Shown here: in pieces, positions 17,715 to 27,864 of the stretch
Layout of the letters: every line of letters starts with the position of its first letter
How positions within the stretch are numbered: position 1 is the first letter of the stretch
Source: Terrimesophilobacter sp.
Lineage (GTDB): Bacteria > Actinomycetota > Actinomycetes > Actinomycetales > Microbacteriaceae
Length of the DNA: 57,132 bases
Direction of reading: 5' to 3'
Assembly (NCBI GenBank): GCA_036833635.1
Contig: DAITPJ010000003.1
Location: 1-57,132, forward strand
Notes under the pieces: generated by a model
Seen by the model: the letters and a program-made list of their open reading frames with translations, nothing else
Databases searched by the model: none
Told to the model about the DNA's origin: nothing
Translations under genes and position numbers: made by a program

Positions 17715-18759
17715 GCGATAACGTGAGCTCGAGCAGCCGTTCAGCCGAACGATCCCAGGTGAATTTCGCGGCCTGGGCGGGGGCTTTCGACGAGAGTGCG
17801 TTCCAGACCCTGTCGTCCTCGAGCGACCGGATGACCCGCGCGATATCGGACGAATCGCGCGGGTCGAAGAATGCGGCGCCGTCCCCTCCCACCTCGCGGA
17901 AGACCGGGATGTCGCTGCAGACCACGGGCGTTCCCATCGCGAGCGCCTCGACGACGGGGATCCCGAAACCCTCCTCGAAGGAGGCCGTCGCGAGGGCCGT
18001 TGCCCTCGAGAGCAGCTCCCGGTACCGCTCGTCGGTGACACCGTTGAGGAACTCGATCGCGCCAACCGGCGCGAGCGCGGTATACCGAGCGCGATCCGCG
18101 TCGCCGATGCGGCTGAGCAGTTGCAGCCGGTAGCCCGGAAGCTCGTGCAGTGCCGTGGCGAGCGACTCGACGTTCTTGTATGGCATGAACGATCCCATGT
18201 AGACGATCGTCCGGTCCCGATCGCCCGACCGAAGGGCTGGTGCGGGATCCACGGCGCTGCTCACGACGGTGATCGGGCGGTTCGTGAGGCGATGCTCCTC
18301 GATCTGCGCTTTCGCGGCGTACGTTCCCGTCACGATCGCGTCCGCGCGGTTGAGCACGAGCCTCTGGGGCCAGTACGCGAGGTGGTAGAGGCGCCAGCCG
18401 AGCCGGATGAACCAGCGCAGGTCGCGGGGCGGGGTCGGGTTGTTGTAGTAGATGAGGTCGTGGAGCGTGAGGATGACCTTGTAGCGGCGCCCGGAAGTGC
18501 CCATGGTCTGCATGGGACTGAACACGACATCCGGATGCGCCCGGTTGACGATCCTGGCCACCCAGGGCTCGCGCAGGCTTGCGGGGTCGGTTCCCATGAC
18601 CCACGGGAGGTCCGGCAGCATCTCGAGCTGCCGCTCGTCGCTGATGAGCATCGTGACGGGATGCAGCCTGCTGAGCGCCTCGACGAGGCCGGCGGTGTAG
18701 CGACTGATCCCGTCATGACGGCCGAGCCGGGTGTACCGGCAGTCGAAGATGAGCTTCAT
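17707..18759 (-). CDS. Glycosyltransferase, GT4 type
   Basis: DGISRY, TLHDLIY, YKN, EEGFGIPVVEA, SDIPVFRE. Confidence 0.9.
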   Translation of the reverse strand: MKLIFDCRYTRLGRHDGISRYTAGLVEALSRLHPVTMLISDERQLEMLPDLPWVMGTDPASLREPWVARIVNRAHPDVVFSPMQTMGTSGRRYKVILTLHDLIYYNNPTPPRDLRWFIRLGWRLYHLAYWPQRLVLNRADAIVTGTYAAKAQIEEHRLTNRPITVVSSAVDPAPALRSGDRDRTIVYMGSFMPYKNVESLATALHELPGYRLQLLSRIGDADRARYTALAPVGAIEFLNGVTDERYRELLSRATALATASFEEGFGIPVVEALAMGTPVVCSDIPVFREVGGDGAAFFDPRDSSDIARVIRSLEDDRVWNALSSKAPAQAAKFTWDRSAERLLELTLSLS

Positions 18760-19658
18760 GACGCGGGAAGCGAGTCGACGAAGTCGCGGATCGCCGCGGC
18801 AGCGAGCTCCGGGACCTCGTAGTGAATGAGGTGGCCCACTCCCCCGAGAACCCTGAGCCTGGCATCCGGCATGGCGCGCTGCAGCTCGTACTGGGCTGAG
18901 ACAGGCGTGATGTCGTCGAGCTCGGCTGCGACGAGGAGAGTCGGCACGGGGATACGGCGCGCGAACTCGCTCACGTTCGTGCTGATCGACGCGTCGAACG
19001 CCTCGACGACGGTGTCGCGGTCGGAGAAACGGTTGAAGAAGGTGTGGTGCTCCCGGTGGATCCACGCGCGCAGCGCCTTGTCCTTCGTCTTGACGAGGTT
19101 GACGCTCATGAACTGCACGACGAGCCAGTTGTTGAGGAAGGCATGGCCGATACGGCGCGGCAGTCGAGCCGCCGTGCGGTAGTACAGCACGGTGATCCAG
19201 GTGGCGAAGGGGCGCGGCCCGTCGAGCCCGGAGATCGCGATGGGATTGACGAGGATGAGCGCTGGCGTGTCGAGGCCGTCGGCGACGGCCGATGAGGAGA
19301 TGATCGTGCCGAAGGAATGGCCCAGCACGATGGCCTTCCCGCGCAATTCGAGCGCATCGAGGAAGGCGCCGAGCCACGCCGCGTAGCCCTCGATCGTGTG
19401 CGCCACCTCGGTGAGTGGGGTGGACTCGCCGAACCCTGGAAGGTCCGGGCTGATGAACCGGATGCCGGGAAGGTGTGCGATGACCGGCTCGAGCCCGTGG
19501 TGCTCGCCGCGGTACCCGTGCGAGAGGACGATCGTATGCCGAGCGTCGGCCGGGCCGTAGACCCAGTACCGCGTGGTGCTTCCGAGGATCGAGACCTCGT
19601 GCCGCGCGACGGGGACATGTTCGAGCAGCGTCGCATAGGGCGATTCGGGAGTCATCAC
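18756..19658 (-). CDS. Alpha/beta hydrolase
   Basis: HG oxyanion motif, DLPGFGES, GHSFG nucleophile, D and GH of the triad. Confidence 0.9.
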   Translation of the reverse strand: MMTPESPYATLLEHVPVARHEVSILGSTTRYWVYGPADARHTIVLSHGYRGEHHGLEPVIAHLPGIRFISPDLPGFGESTPLTEVAHTIEGYAAWLGAFLDALELRGKAIVLGHSFGTIISSSAVADGLDTPALILVNPIAISGLDGPRPFATWITVLYYRTAARLPRRIGHAFLNNWLVVQFMSVNLVKTKDKALRAWIHREHHTFFNRFSDRDTVVEAFDASISTNVSEFARRIPVPTLLVAAELDDITPVSAQYELQRAMPDARLRVLGGVGHLIHYEVPELAAAAIRDFVDSLPAS

Positions 19659-19700
19659 GCTCCAGTCTAGGCAGGGAGCACGCCGGCGGCCGAACCCGCG

Positions 19701-19716
19701 CTACAAGCGCTTGCAG
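19701..19716. promoter_or_regulatory. LacI-family-like operator upstream of treS
   Basis: CTaCAAGCGCTTGcAG near-perfect palindrome with AAGCGCTT core; -10 TAGACT at 19725-30. Confidence 0.55.
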
Positions 19717-19763
19717 ACCCGTCCTAGACTCGTACAGACCACGCAGACCCACGAAGGAGCACA

Positions 19764-21485
19764 GTGAGCTTCACCGCACCGATCCAGCTTCCCGGGCTGA
19801 CCCTGGATCCGCAGTGGTACCGGAGATCCGTGTTCTACCAGGTCATGGTGCGCTCGTTCGTCGACAGTAACGGCGACGGCACGGGCGATCTCGGCGGACT
19901 CATCTCGAAACTCGACTACCTCCAGTGGCTCGGCGTCGACGCGCTGTGGATCCCCCCGTTCTTCACGTCGCCCCTGCGCGACGGTGGCTACGACGTCGCT
20001 GACTACCACTCGATCCTTCCCGAGTTCGGGACCCTCGACGAGTTCCAGGAGCTCGTGACGAAGGCGCATGAACGCAATATGCGGGTCATCATCGATCTCC
20101 CGCTCAATCACACCTCGGACCAGCACGAGTGGTTCCAGCAGTCCAGGAACGACCCGGAGGGGCCGTATGGGGACTTCTACGTCTGGAGCGACAGCGACGA
20201 ACGCCTCCCCAACGTCAGGATCATCTTCACCGACACGGAGGATTCGAACTGGGCGTTCGACTCCGTGCGTCGCCAGTTCTACTTCCACCGCTTCTTCTCT
20301 CACCAGCCGGATCTCAACTTCGACAACCCCGCCGTGCACGAGGCGGTCTTCGAGATCGTGCGGTTCTGGATGGGAATGGGAGTCGACGGGTTCCGGCTCG
20401 ACGCCATCCCCTATCTCTACGAGTCGGAGGAGGGCAACGGTGAGGGCGAACCGCCCACGCATGAGTTCCTCAAGGTTCTGCGGAGCATGGTCGACCTCGA
20501 GTTCCCAGGACGGGTCATGATCGCGGAGGCGAACCAATGGCCGCGCGAGGTCGCCGCCTTCTTCGGCACGGAGGAGGAACCGGAATGCCACATGGCGTTC
20601 GACTTCCCCGTCATGCCGCGGATCTTCTACTCGCTGCGCTCGCAGCACGCCGGCGAACTCGTCGACGTCCTCTCCGAGACGACCGACATCCCTGGGGGCG
20701 CGGGCTGGGGCATCTTCCTGCGAAACCACGACGAGCTCACACTCGAGATGGTGAGCGAGGAGTACCGCCAGGCGATGTACGGCTGGTACGCCTACGACCC
20801 CCGGATGCGCGTCAACATCGGCATCCGGAGAAGGCTTGCGCCCCTGCTCGACAATTCACGGGCCGAGCTCGAGCTCGCGCACGCGCTCCTGTTCTCCCTC
20901 CCCGGAAGCCCGTTCCTGTATTACGGCGACGAGATCGGGATGGGCGACAACATCTGGCTTCCTGATCGCGACAGCTCCCGCACACCCATGCAGTGGACCC
21001 CTGACCGCAACGCGGGCTTCTCGACCGCGGATCCCGGAAAGCTCTACCTTCCGGTCATCCAGTCGCTCGTCTTCAACTACACGCAGCTCAATGTCGAGGC
21101 CCAGCTCGCGCAGTCGCGATCCCTGCTGCACTGGGTGCGCAACGTCATCCACGTGCGCAAGGCTCACCCGACCTTCGGGCTCGGCTCGATCCGGGTGCTC
21201 GAGACGGACCACGAGTCCGTGCTGGCCTTCGTCCGCTCCTACGCGGGCGCGGAGACCCAGTTCGGCGACTCGGCCGAGGACGTCCTGTGCGTCTTCAGCT
21301 TCGCGCACAACCCGATCTCGGTCACGATCCGCGACGAGACGCTCGCTGGTGCGCGCACGATCGACCTTTTCGGCGGAGGGGAATTCCCGTCCTTCTCCCC
21401 CGATGGCGAGCTCATGCTCACGCTCGGCACCCAGAGTTTCTACTGGCTGCACCTCGGAACAGACAACCTCCCGACCACCCGCTGA
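19764..21485 (+). CDS. treS: Trehalose synthase / maltose alpha-D-glucosyltransferase (GH13)
   Basis: SPLRDGGYD, GFRLDA, EANQWP, FLRNHDELTLE, GIRRRLAPLL; AAGGAG RBS. Confidence 0.95.
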   Translation: MSFTAPIQLPGLTLDPQWYRRSVFYQVMVRSFVDSNGDGTGDLGGLISKLDYLQWLGVDALWIPPFFTSPLRDGGYDVADYHSILPEFGTLDEFQELVTKAHERNMRVIIDLPLNHTSDQHEWFQQSRNDPEGPYGDFYVWSDSDERLPNVRIIFTDTEDSNWAFDSVRRQFYFHRFFSHQPDLNFDNPAVHEAVFEIVRFWMGMGVDGFRLDAIPYLYESEEGNGEGEPPTHEFLKVLRSMVDLEFPGRVMIAEANQWPREVAAFFGTEEEPECHMAFDFPVMPRIFYSLRSQHAGELVDVLSETTDIPGGAGWGIFLRNHDELTLEMVSEEYRQAMYGWYAYDPRMRVNIGIRRRLAPLLDNSRAELELAHALLFSLPGSPFLYYGDEIGMGDNIWLPDRDSSRTPMQWTPDRNAGFSTADPGKLYLPVIQSLVFNYTQLNVEAQLAQSRSLLHWVRNVIHVRKAHPTFGLGSIRVLETDHESVLAFVRSYAGAETQFGDSAEDVLCVFSFAHNPISVTIRDETLAGARTIDLFGGGEFPSFSPDGELMLTLGTQSFYWLHLGTDNLPTTR

Positions 21486-21531
21486 GACCCCTGCACCCGG
21501 CGATGACGCCGGCTGCCCCTAGTCTGGTTGC

Positions 21532-22230
21532 GTGATGGCACAGAATGCGACCTGGTATGGCACCCTCGGGGTCTTCGACCTCGAGACGACGGGGATCGAC
21601 GTGGCGACAAGCCGCATCGTCTCGGCCAACGTGAGCGTGATCGGACCGGATGGTGGCGTCCTCGAGAGCCGTGACTGGCTCGCCGACCCCGGCGTGGACA
21701 TCCCGGTCCAGGCGAGTGCGGTGCACGGCATCACGACAGCGCGCGCACGCCTGGAGGGACGCACTGCGGCGATCGTGGTTGCCGAGATCATCGCCGCCAT
21801 CCGCTCGATCTTCGAAAGAGGACTCGCCCTCGCGGTCTACAACGCCCCCTACGACCTCTCACTTCTCCAGCACGAGGCGATCCGGCATGACATCGAGCCC
21901 CTTCGCGAGCCGGCTCCCATAGTCGATCCGCTCGTGATCGACAAGGCCGTCGACCGCTACCGGAAGGGCAAGAGGACCCTGGAGGTCGCTGCAGTGGTCT
22001 ACGGGGTGAGCCTCACCGACGCCCACGACGCTGGCGCAGACGCGGTCGCAGCGGGGCGGGTCGCCCAGGCCATGGCGGCACGGTACCCTGGCGAACTCGA
22101 CGTTCCTGCGCTCGAACTTCACCGGCGCCAGGCGGAGTGGAGCGCGCAGCAGTCCGCGAGCTTCGCGGAATACATGCGCAGGACCCACAATCCCGACTTC
22201 GTCGAGACGGCGGGATGGCCGCAGCGCTAA
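21532..22230 (+). CDS. DEDDh 3'-5' exonuclease (DnaQ-like)
   Basis: FDLETTG, YNAPYD, AHDAGAD. Confidence 0.9.
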   Translation: MMAQNATWYGTLGVFDLETTGIDVATSRIVSANVSVIGPDGGVLESRDWLADPGVDIPVQASAVHGITTARARLEGRTAAIVVAEIIAAIRSIFERGLALAVYNAPYDLSLLQHEAIRHDIEPLREPAPIVDPLVIDKAVDRYRKGKRTLEVAAVVYGVSLTDAHDAGADAVAAGRVAQAMAARYPGELDVPALELHRRQAEWSAQQSASFAEYMRRTHNPDFVETAGWPQR

Positions 22231-22237
22231 GGCTGGG

Positions 22238-22489
22238 TCAGCTGCCGAAGCCCTTGTAGCGGGTGTTGAACTTCTCGACACGGCCCGCGCTGTCGAGGAT
22301 GCGCTGCTTGCCGGTGTAGAAGGGGTGGGACTCCGACGAGATCTCGACGTCGATGACGGGGTAGCTGTTGCCGTCCTCCCACTCGATGGTCTTGTCGCTC
22401 GTCACGGTGGAGCGCGTCAGGAAGGTCGCTCCCGAGGCAAGGTCGCGGAACACGACCGGCGCGTAGTCGGGGTGGATGTCTGACTTCAT
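22238..22489 (-). CDS. rpmE2: 50S ribosomal protein L31 type B (no CxxC)
   Basis: MKSDIHPDY...[10 protein letters not shown]...GRVEKF. Confidence 0.96.
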   Translation of the reverse strand: MKSDIHPDYAPVVFRDLASGATFLTRSTVTSDKTIEWEDGNSYPVIDVEISSESHPFYTGKQRILDSAGRVEKFNTRYKGFGS

Positions 22490-22555
22490 GGGGATTCCTT
22501 GGATGCCTGGCGTGGAAAGAGAGTCGCTACTCGATCAGGCTCGAGAGCCGACTGC

Positions 22556-23344
22556 CTACTTTACCAGAGATCGGGCGGCGTACCGGCCCCCGTGCTCCTC
22601 GAGTTCGACTCCGACTCCGAAGGTCTTCTTGAGATTCCTGGCGGTGAGAACCTCGGCGATCGGGCCCGCCGCGACAACGCGTCCCTCCCGAAGGAGCAGG
22701 ACGTGGCCGAAACCAGGCGGGATCTCCTCGACGTGGTGCGTGACCATGACGATTCCAGGCGCGTTCTTCGAGGTGGCGTAACCGCTCAGGAGCCTCAGGA
22801 GCTCTTCACGGGCACCGAGGTCGAGGCTTGCCGCCGGCTCATCGAGGAGCATGAGCTCCGGATCAGTCATGACGGCCCTCGCGATCTGCACGCGCTTCTG
22901 CTCGCCGTCGCTGAGCTGCCCGAACCGGCGATCCTCCAGGTGATCGAGCCTCCACTCCGCAAGGACGCGGCGGGCGCGGCGGGTGTCGACGGCGTCGTAT
23001 TCCTCGTTCCATCGCCCGGTCACGGAATACGACGCCGTGAGCACGACATTGAGCACGGTCTCGGCCGCCGGGAGCCTGCGCGCGAGCGCAGTCGACGCGA
23101 AGCCGATCCGGGTGCGGAGGTCGAAGACGTCGACATCGCCGAGGGTTTCGTCGAGCACCGTCGCCATGCCGGAACTCGGGTGCATCATCGCAGAGGCGAC
23201 CTGCAGGAGCGTCGTCTTGCCCGCGCCGTTGGGCCCAAGGATGACCCAGCGCTCCGTGCTGTCGACCGTCCAGTTCACCGAATCGAGGATGCGCGTGCCT
23301 CCCCGCACGACGGAGACATCATCGAACTGGAGAACGCTGGCCAT
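22556..23344 (-). CDS. ABC ATP-binding protein (ModF/YlmA-like), no adjacent permease
   Basis: GPNGAGKTT, LSDGE signature variant, LLDEP, VTHH. Confidence 0.9.
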   Translation of the reverse strand: MASVLQFDDVSVVRGGTRILDSVNWTVDSTERWVILGPNGAGKTTLLQVASAMMHPSSGMATVLDETLGDVDVFDLRTRIGFASTALARRLPAAETVLNVVLTASYSVTGRWNEEYDAVDTRRARRVLAEWRLDHLEDRRFGQLSDGEQKRVQIARAVMTDPELMLLDEPAASLDLGAREELLRLLSGYATSKNAPGIVMVTHHVEEIPPGFGHVLLLREGRVVAAGPIAEVLTARNLKKTFGVGVELEEHGGRYAARSLVK

Positions 23345-23401
23345 GATGTCAACCCTAAGCCACGAGGCTGCACGGCGATCGTCCTGCGGACGGTCGCCGG
23401 G

Positions 23402-24583
23402 TCAGGTGAGCGACTCGTACACGGCCCGCGTGCGCAGCGCGATCCGGTCCCAGCTGAAGTCCCGCTCCACGCGCGCTCGGCCGGCCTGCCCCATCATGCG
23501 TGCCCGCACAGGGTCGCTCAGCACGTCGTGCAGTGCCTCCGCGAGATCGGACACGAAGGCCTCGGGTTTCTTCGGGGTCCCCGTGCCGTCCTGCACCTGG
23601 TCGATCGGAACGAGCCGACCGGTGATCCCGTCGTCGATGACCTCGGGGATCCCGCCCGTCGCGCTGCCGACGACGGGCACGCCGCAGGCCATAGCCTCGA
23701 GGTTCACAATGCCGAGGGGCTCGTAAATCGACGGGCAGACGAAGACCGTGGCGGAGGAGAGAACGGCGACGAGCTCATCGTGGCTGAGGAGCCTGTCGAG
23801 CCACACGACCCCCGTGCGCTCCTCCTGGAGCTCTGCAACAAGCTCCTGGACCTCGGCGAGGATCTCCGGGGTGTCCGGCGCGCCCGCGCACAGCACCACC
23901 TGGACATCCGCTGGCAACTGCTTTGCCGCCTCAAGCAGGTAGGGCAGCCCCTTCTGGCGGGTGATCCTCCCGACGAAGACGACGGACTGCCTCGTGGGGT
24001 CGACGCCAAGGGCTCTCACGACCTCCTCGTCCGGCGAAGGACGCCAACGATCGAGGTCGATGCCGTTGTGCACGACCGAGATCCGGCTCTCGTCGAGGCC
24101 GGGGTATGCGGCCAGCACGTCCCTGCGCATTCCTTCGCTCACGGCGATGATCGCATCCGCCGTGCGGAACGCGCTCTCCTCGACCATGCTCGAGATGCGA
24201 TAACCGCCACCGAGCTGCTCCGCCTTCCACGGGCGAAGCGGCTCGAGGCTGTGCGCCGTCACGACGTGCGGGATGCCGTGGAGCAGCTGCGCGAGCCGCC
24301 CCGCCCCGTTGGTGTACCAGGTATGCGAATGCACGAGATCGGCGCCAGCGACATCCTGCGCCATCTGCAGGTCGACGCCGAGCGCGGCGAGCGAAGGGTT
24401 CGCGTTGACGAGCTCCGCAGGGACGAGGTACGGGTAAACGTCCTCTTCGGCCCGTGGAAGGCCGAAGCAGCGCACGACGACGCGCAACTCGTGCCGCAGG
24501 GCATTGACGAGCTCACCGACGTGCACGCCGGCGCCGCCGTAGACCTCGGGAGGATACTCCCGGGTCAGCAGATCCACTCTCAC
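23402..24583 (-). CDS. glgA: Actinobacterial glycogen synthase GlgA (GlgM, maltose-1-phosphate synthase type)
   Basis: [47 protein letters not shown]; divergent from glgC. Confidence 0.93.
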   Translation of the reverse strand: MRVDLLTREYPPEVYGGAGVHVGELVNALRHELRVVVRCFGLPRAEEDVYPYLVPAELVNANPSLAALGVDLQMAQDVAGADLVHSHTWYTNGAGRLAQLLHGIPHVVTAHSLEPLRPWKAEQLGGGYRISSMVEESAFRTADAIIAVSEGMRRDVLAAYPGLDESRISVVHNGIDLDRWRPSPDEEVVRALGVDPTRQSVVFVGRITRQKGLPYLLEAAKQLPADVQVVLCAGAPDTPEILAEVQELVAELQEERTGVVWLDRLLSHDELVAVLSSATVFVCPSIYEPLGIVNLEAMACGVPVVGSATGGIPEVIDDGITGRLVPIDQVQDGTGTPKKPEAFVSDLAEALHDVLSDPVRARMMGQAGRARVERDFSWDRIALRTRAVYESLT

Positions 24584-24644
24584 TCCTGTGACGCTAGTAC
24601 AGTCCGCTCTGCCCATCCACTGGTTGCTCATCTACTGTGGGACC

Positions 24645-25883
24645 ATGGCGGCAAAGAAAGTCTTCGGGATCGTTCTCGCCGGTGGGGAAGGCAAGCGGCT
24701 CATGCCGTTGACCGCCGACCGGGCGAAGCCGGCAGTGCCGTTCGCCGGCAACTATCGGCTCGTCGACTTCGCCCTCTCGAACCTCATCAATTCAGGGCTC
24801 CTCCAGATCGTCGTGCTCACCCAGTACAAGTCGCACAGTCTCGACCGCCACGTGTCGCAGACCTGGCGGCTCTCGAGCCTCACCAATTCGTACATCGCCT
24901 CGGTGCCGGCGCAGCAGCGTCTCGGAAAGCGCTGGTTCGCGGGCTCGGCAGACGCGATTCTCCAGAGCCTCAATCTGCTTCGCGACGAGAAGCCCGACAT
25001 CGTCGTCGTCGTGGGCGCGGACCACGTCTACCGCATGGACTTCAGCCAGATGATCGACGCGCACATCGAATCGGGGGCGGGGGCGACCGTGGCCGCCATC
25101 CGCCAACCGATCTCGCTCGCGAACCAGTTCGGGGTCATCGAGGTCGAACCGGACGATGCGACGCGCATCTCGGCGTTCCGGGAGAAGCCTGCGAACCCCG
25201 TCGGGCTCGCCGATTCTCCCGGCGAGGTGCTCGCATCCATGGGCAACTACGTCTTCAACGCCGACGGACTCATCGACGCGGTCCTGCGCGACGGTGAACG
25301 CCCGGATTCCGACCATGACATGGGAGGGGACATCATTCCCGATTTCGTCTCTCGGGGTGACGCGGCGGTCTACGACCTCATCCGGAACGACGTTCCGGGC
25401 GCAACCGACCGGGACCGCTATTACTGGCGCGACGTCGGCACGATCGAGTCGTTCTTCGATGCTCACCAGGACCTCATCTCCGCACTGCCCGTCTTCAACC
25501 TCTACAACCGTGAATGGCCGATCTACAACGAACAGCTCAATTCACCTCCGGCCAAGTTCGTGCGCGATGCACGCGGCAACGTCGGCACCACGATCGACTC
25601 CATCGTCTCGCTCGGGAGCCTCCTGTCCGGCGCCCACATCGAGCGCAGCGTGCTCGGTCCATGGGCGACGATCGAGTCCGGCGCGAAGGTCGTCGACTCG
25701 ATCCTCTTCGACCGGGTCCAGGTGGGGCCGAACGCGACGGTGCACCGGGCTATCCTTGACAAGGAGGTTGTCGTCGAACCCGGCGCGACCGTCGGCGTCG
25801 ACCCAGAGGCGGACCAGGCCAGGGGTTTCACGGTCGCCGATTCCGGAATCACGGTCGTGGGCAAGGGCGTTCACGTCGCCTGA
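24645..25883 (+). CDS. glgC: Glucose-1-phosphate adenylyltransferase
   Basis: [34 protein letters not shown]. Confidence 0.96.
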   Translation: MAAKKVFGIVLAGGEGKRLMPLTADRAKPAVPFAGNYRLVDFALSNLINSGLLQIVVLTQYKSHSLDRHVSQTWRLSSLTNSYIASVPAQQRLGKRWFAGSADAILQSLNLLRDEKPDIVVVVGADHVYRMDFSQMIDAHIESGAGATVAAIRQPISLANQFGVIEVEPDDATRISAFREKPANPVGLADSPGEVLASMGNYVFNADGLIDAVLRDGERPDSDHDMGGDIIPDFVSRGDAAVYDLIRNDVPGATDRDRYYWRDVGTIESFFDAHQDLISALPVFNLYNREWPIYNEQLNSPPAKFVRDARGNVGTTIDSIVSLGSLLSGAHIERSVLGPWATIESGAKVVDSILFDRVQVGPNATVHRAILDKEVVVEPGATVGVDPEADQARGFTVADSGITVVGKGVHVA

Positions 25884-25922
25884 CTTCGGCGCGCTCGCTC
25901 GCGCCGCCCTGGAGGATGCCCC

Positions 25923-26561
25923 ATGCCGCGCTTTCTCGTCGTGCTCGACGTCGATTCGACGCTCATCGAGCAGGAGATCATCGAACTCCTTGCCGATGCT
26001 GCGGGATCCCGCACGGAGGTCGCCGCCATCACGGCCGCCGCGATGAATGGCGAGCTCGACTTCGAGGAGAGCCTTCGGACGCGGGTCGCGACCCTCGAGG
26101 GCCTGCCGGAGAGCGTCTTCACGGAGATCGGGGCGGCCATCCGGGTCACCAACGGCGTCCCGGAGCTCATCGCGGGACTGCATGCGGCCGGTGGTCGGGT
26201 CGGCGCGGTGTCGGGTGGCTTCCACGAGATCATCGACCCGCTCGCTGCCGGCCTCGGGCTCGACCGCTGGCGCGCGAACAGCCTCGAGGTAGCGGCCGGC
26301 GTTCTGACGGGGAAGCTGCGCGGGTCGGTCGTCGACGCCGCAGCGAAGGCCGCGACGATGCGCGCGTGGGCTGATGTGTACGGGATCCCGCTCCGGCAGA
26401 CGATGGCCGTTGGCGATGGGGCGAACGACCTGCCGATGATGGAGATCACCGGGCTCTCCGTGGGGTTCGATGCCAAGGCCCCGGTGCGCGACGAGGCCGA
26501 CCTCGTCATGGATGTCCGGGATCTCTCGCAGCTCCTGCCCCTTCTCGGACTGCGCGGCTGA
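25923..26561 (+). CDS. serB: Phosphoserine phosphatase
   Basis: DVDST, AMNGELDF, SGGF, GDGAND. Confidence 0.92.
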   Translation: MPRFLVVLDVDSTLIEQEIIELLADAAGSRTEVAAITAAAMNGELDFEESLRTRVATLEGLPESVFTEIGAAIRVTNGVPELIAGLHAAGGRVGAVSGGFHEIIDPLAAGLGLDRWRANSLEVAAGVLTGKLRGSVVDAAAKAATMRAWADVYGIPLRQTMAVGDGANDLPMMEITGLSVGFDAKAPVRDEADLVMDVRDLSQLLPLLGLRG

Positions 26562-26569
26562 GCGCTGGC

Positions 26570-27289
26570 CTAGTGGCCCATCCCCAGGCCGCCATCGACA
26601 GGGATGACGGCGCCGGAGATGTACGCGGCGTCGTCGCTCGCGAGCCAGACGATGACGCGAGCGACCTCCTCCGGCGTCGCGAACCGCCCGACCGGGATCG
26701 ACGCGCGGTACTCCTCCTGCTGCTCAGCGGGCAGCACCGCCGTCATCTCGGTCTCGATGAAGCCGGGCGCGACGACGTTCGCCGTGATGTTGCGCGAGCC
26801 CAGTTCGCGCGTGAGCGAGCGCGCGAGACCGACGAGCCCACTCTTCGACGCCGCGTAGTTGACCTGCCCTGCTGAGCCGAGCAGCCCCACGACGCTCGAG
26901 ACGAGCACGATGCGCCCGAAGCGTGCCTTGAGCATCCCCTTCGACGCGCGCTTGACGACGCGGAACGCTCCGGAGAGGTTGGTGTCGATCACGGAGGTGA
27001 AGTCCTCTTCCGACATGCGCAGGAGCAGCGTGTCCTTCGTGATCCCGGCGTTGGCGACGAGCACCTCGACGGGGCCGAGCTCCGCCTCGACGGCCGTGAA
27101 CGCGGCGTCGATGGAGTCGGCATCCGTGACGTCGGCACGCACCGTCATGCTGCCGGCTGGACCGTTCCCCGACCTGGCTGTCACCGCGACCCGATGACCC
27201 TTCGCTACGAACTCGGCGGCGATCGCGAACCCGATTCCCCGGTTGCCTCCCGTGACGAGCACGGTCCTTGGCGCAGCGGCAGTTTCCAT
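26570..27289 (-). CDS. fabG: 3-oxoacyl-ACP reductase
   Basis: TGGNRGIG, NAGITKD, YAASK, PGFIET, VDGG. Confidence 0.92.
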   Translation of the reverse strand: METAAAPRTVLVTGGNRGIGFAIAAEFVAKGHRVAVTARSGNGPAGSMTVRADVTDADSIDAAFTAVEAELGPVEVLVANAGITKDTLLLRMSEEDFTSVIDTNLSGAFRVVKRASKGMLKARFGRIVLVSSVVGLLGSAGQVNYAASKSGLVGLARSLTRELGSRNITANVVAPGFIETEMTAVLPAEQQEEYRASIPVGRFATPEEVARVIVWLASDDAAYISGAVIPVDGGLGMGH

Positions 27290-27364
27290 GTCGCCCATCC
27301 TAGAGGCGGCCCTGCAGCGAGGACGGCGGCGGGCCCCCGTCCGGCTTAGGCTGGAGGCGAGCCC

Positions 27365-27646
27365 ATGGCAAAGCAATCCACGACGATCACCTCACTCCCC
27401 CGGTCCCCCGAGGACGACCGGCGCGCCCGCATGATCAAGTACAGCATCACGATGGGCATCAGGCTCGTGTGCGTCTTCCTGTGCATCTTCGTGCGCGGCT
27501 GGTGGCTCCTCCTGTGCGCCGCGGGAGCCGTCATCCTTCCCTACATCGCGGTCGTCCTCGCGAACGTCGTGGACACGCGCGGTTCGCGGGTCGAAAGGCC
27601 GGGTTCGATCGTGCCGGTCGAGGCGCCGGAGAGCGATGCGCCATGA
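27365..27646 (+). CDS. DUF3099-like small membrane protein
   Basis: R..KYSITMGIR..C, two TM helices, LPYIAVVLAN; family assigned from recall. Confidence 0.8.
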   Translation: MAKQSTTITSLPRSPEDDRRARMIKYSITMGIRLVCVFLCIFVRGWWLLLCAAGAVILPYIAVVLANVVDTRGSRVERPGSIVPVEAPESDAP

Positions 27647-27864
27647 CGGCGTCGCCGGAGTGTTCGAGAGCCGGATGCCGTAACGGCGCTGCCTGGAACG
27701 TCAACTGGCGCAATCCCCGCATTCATGGCGAGGATCGGGTCAAGGTCTGGCTCGCATGCGATGAGCATCGTGGGTACCTGCACGACTACCTCGACTCGCG
27801 CGGCTTTCCCGTGGTCGTGACACCGCTCGGTGTCGAGGTGGCCCGCGTCGAGGCCGGCTCGTGA
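27643..27864 (+). CDS. Small conserved Cys/His protein (73 aa), possible metal-binding
   Basis: CSRAGC...WRNPRIH...WLACDEH...L..RGF; ATGA and GTGA overlaps at both ends. Confidence 0.75.
   Translation: MTASPECSRAGCRNGAAWNVNWRNPRIHGEDRVKVWLACDEHRGYLHDYLDSRGFPVVVTPLGVEVARVEAGS

Noticed and set aside
17707..19752. 681-aa fused ORF covering the glycosyltransferase and hydrolase region
   Set aside because: The N-terminal half is an off-frame read of the hydrolase; the real GT starts at 18759.
22499..25297. 932-aa plus-strand ORF spanning the ABC gene, glgA and glgC
   Set aside because: Overlaps three recognisable genes; its composition is a GC artefact. The same applies to the other long Arg/Ala/Pro-rich alternative ORFs in the track.
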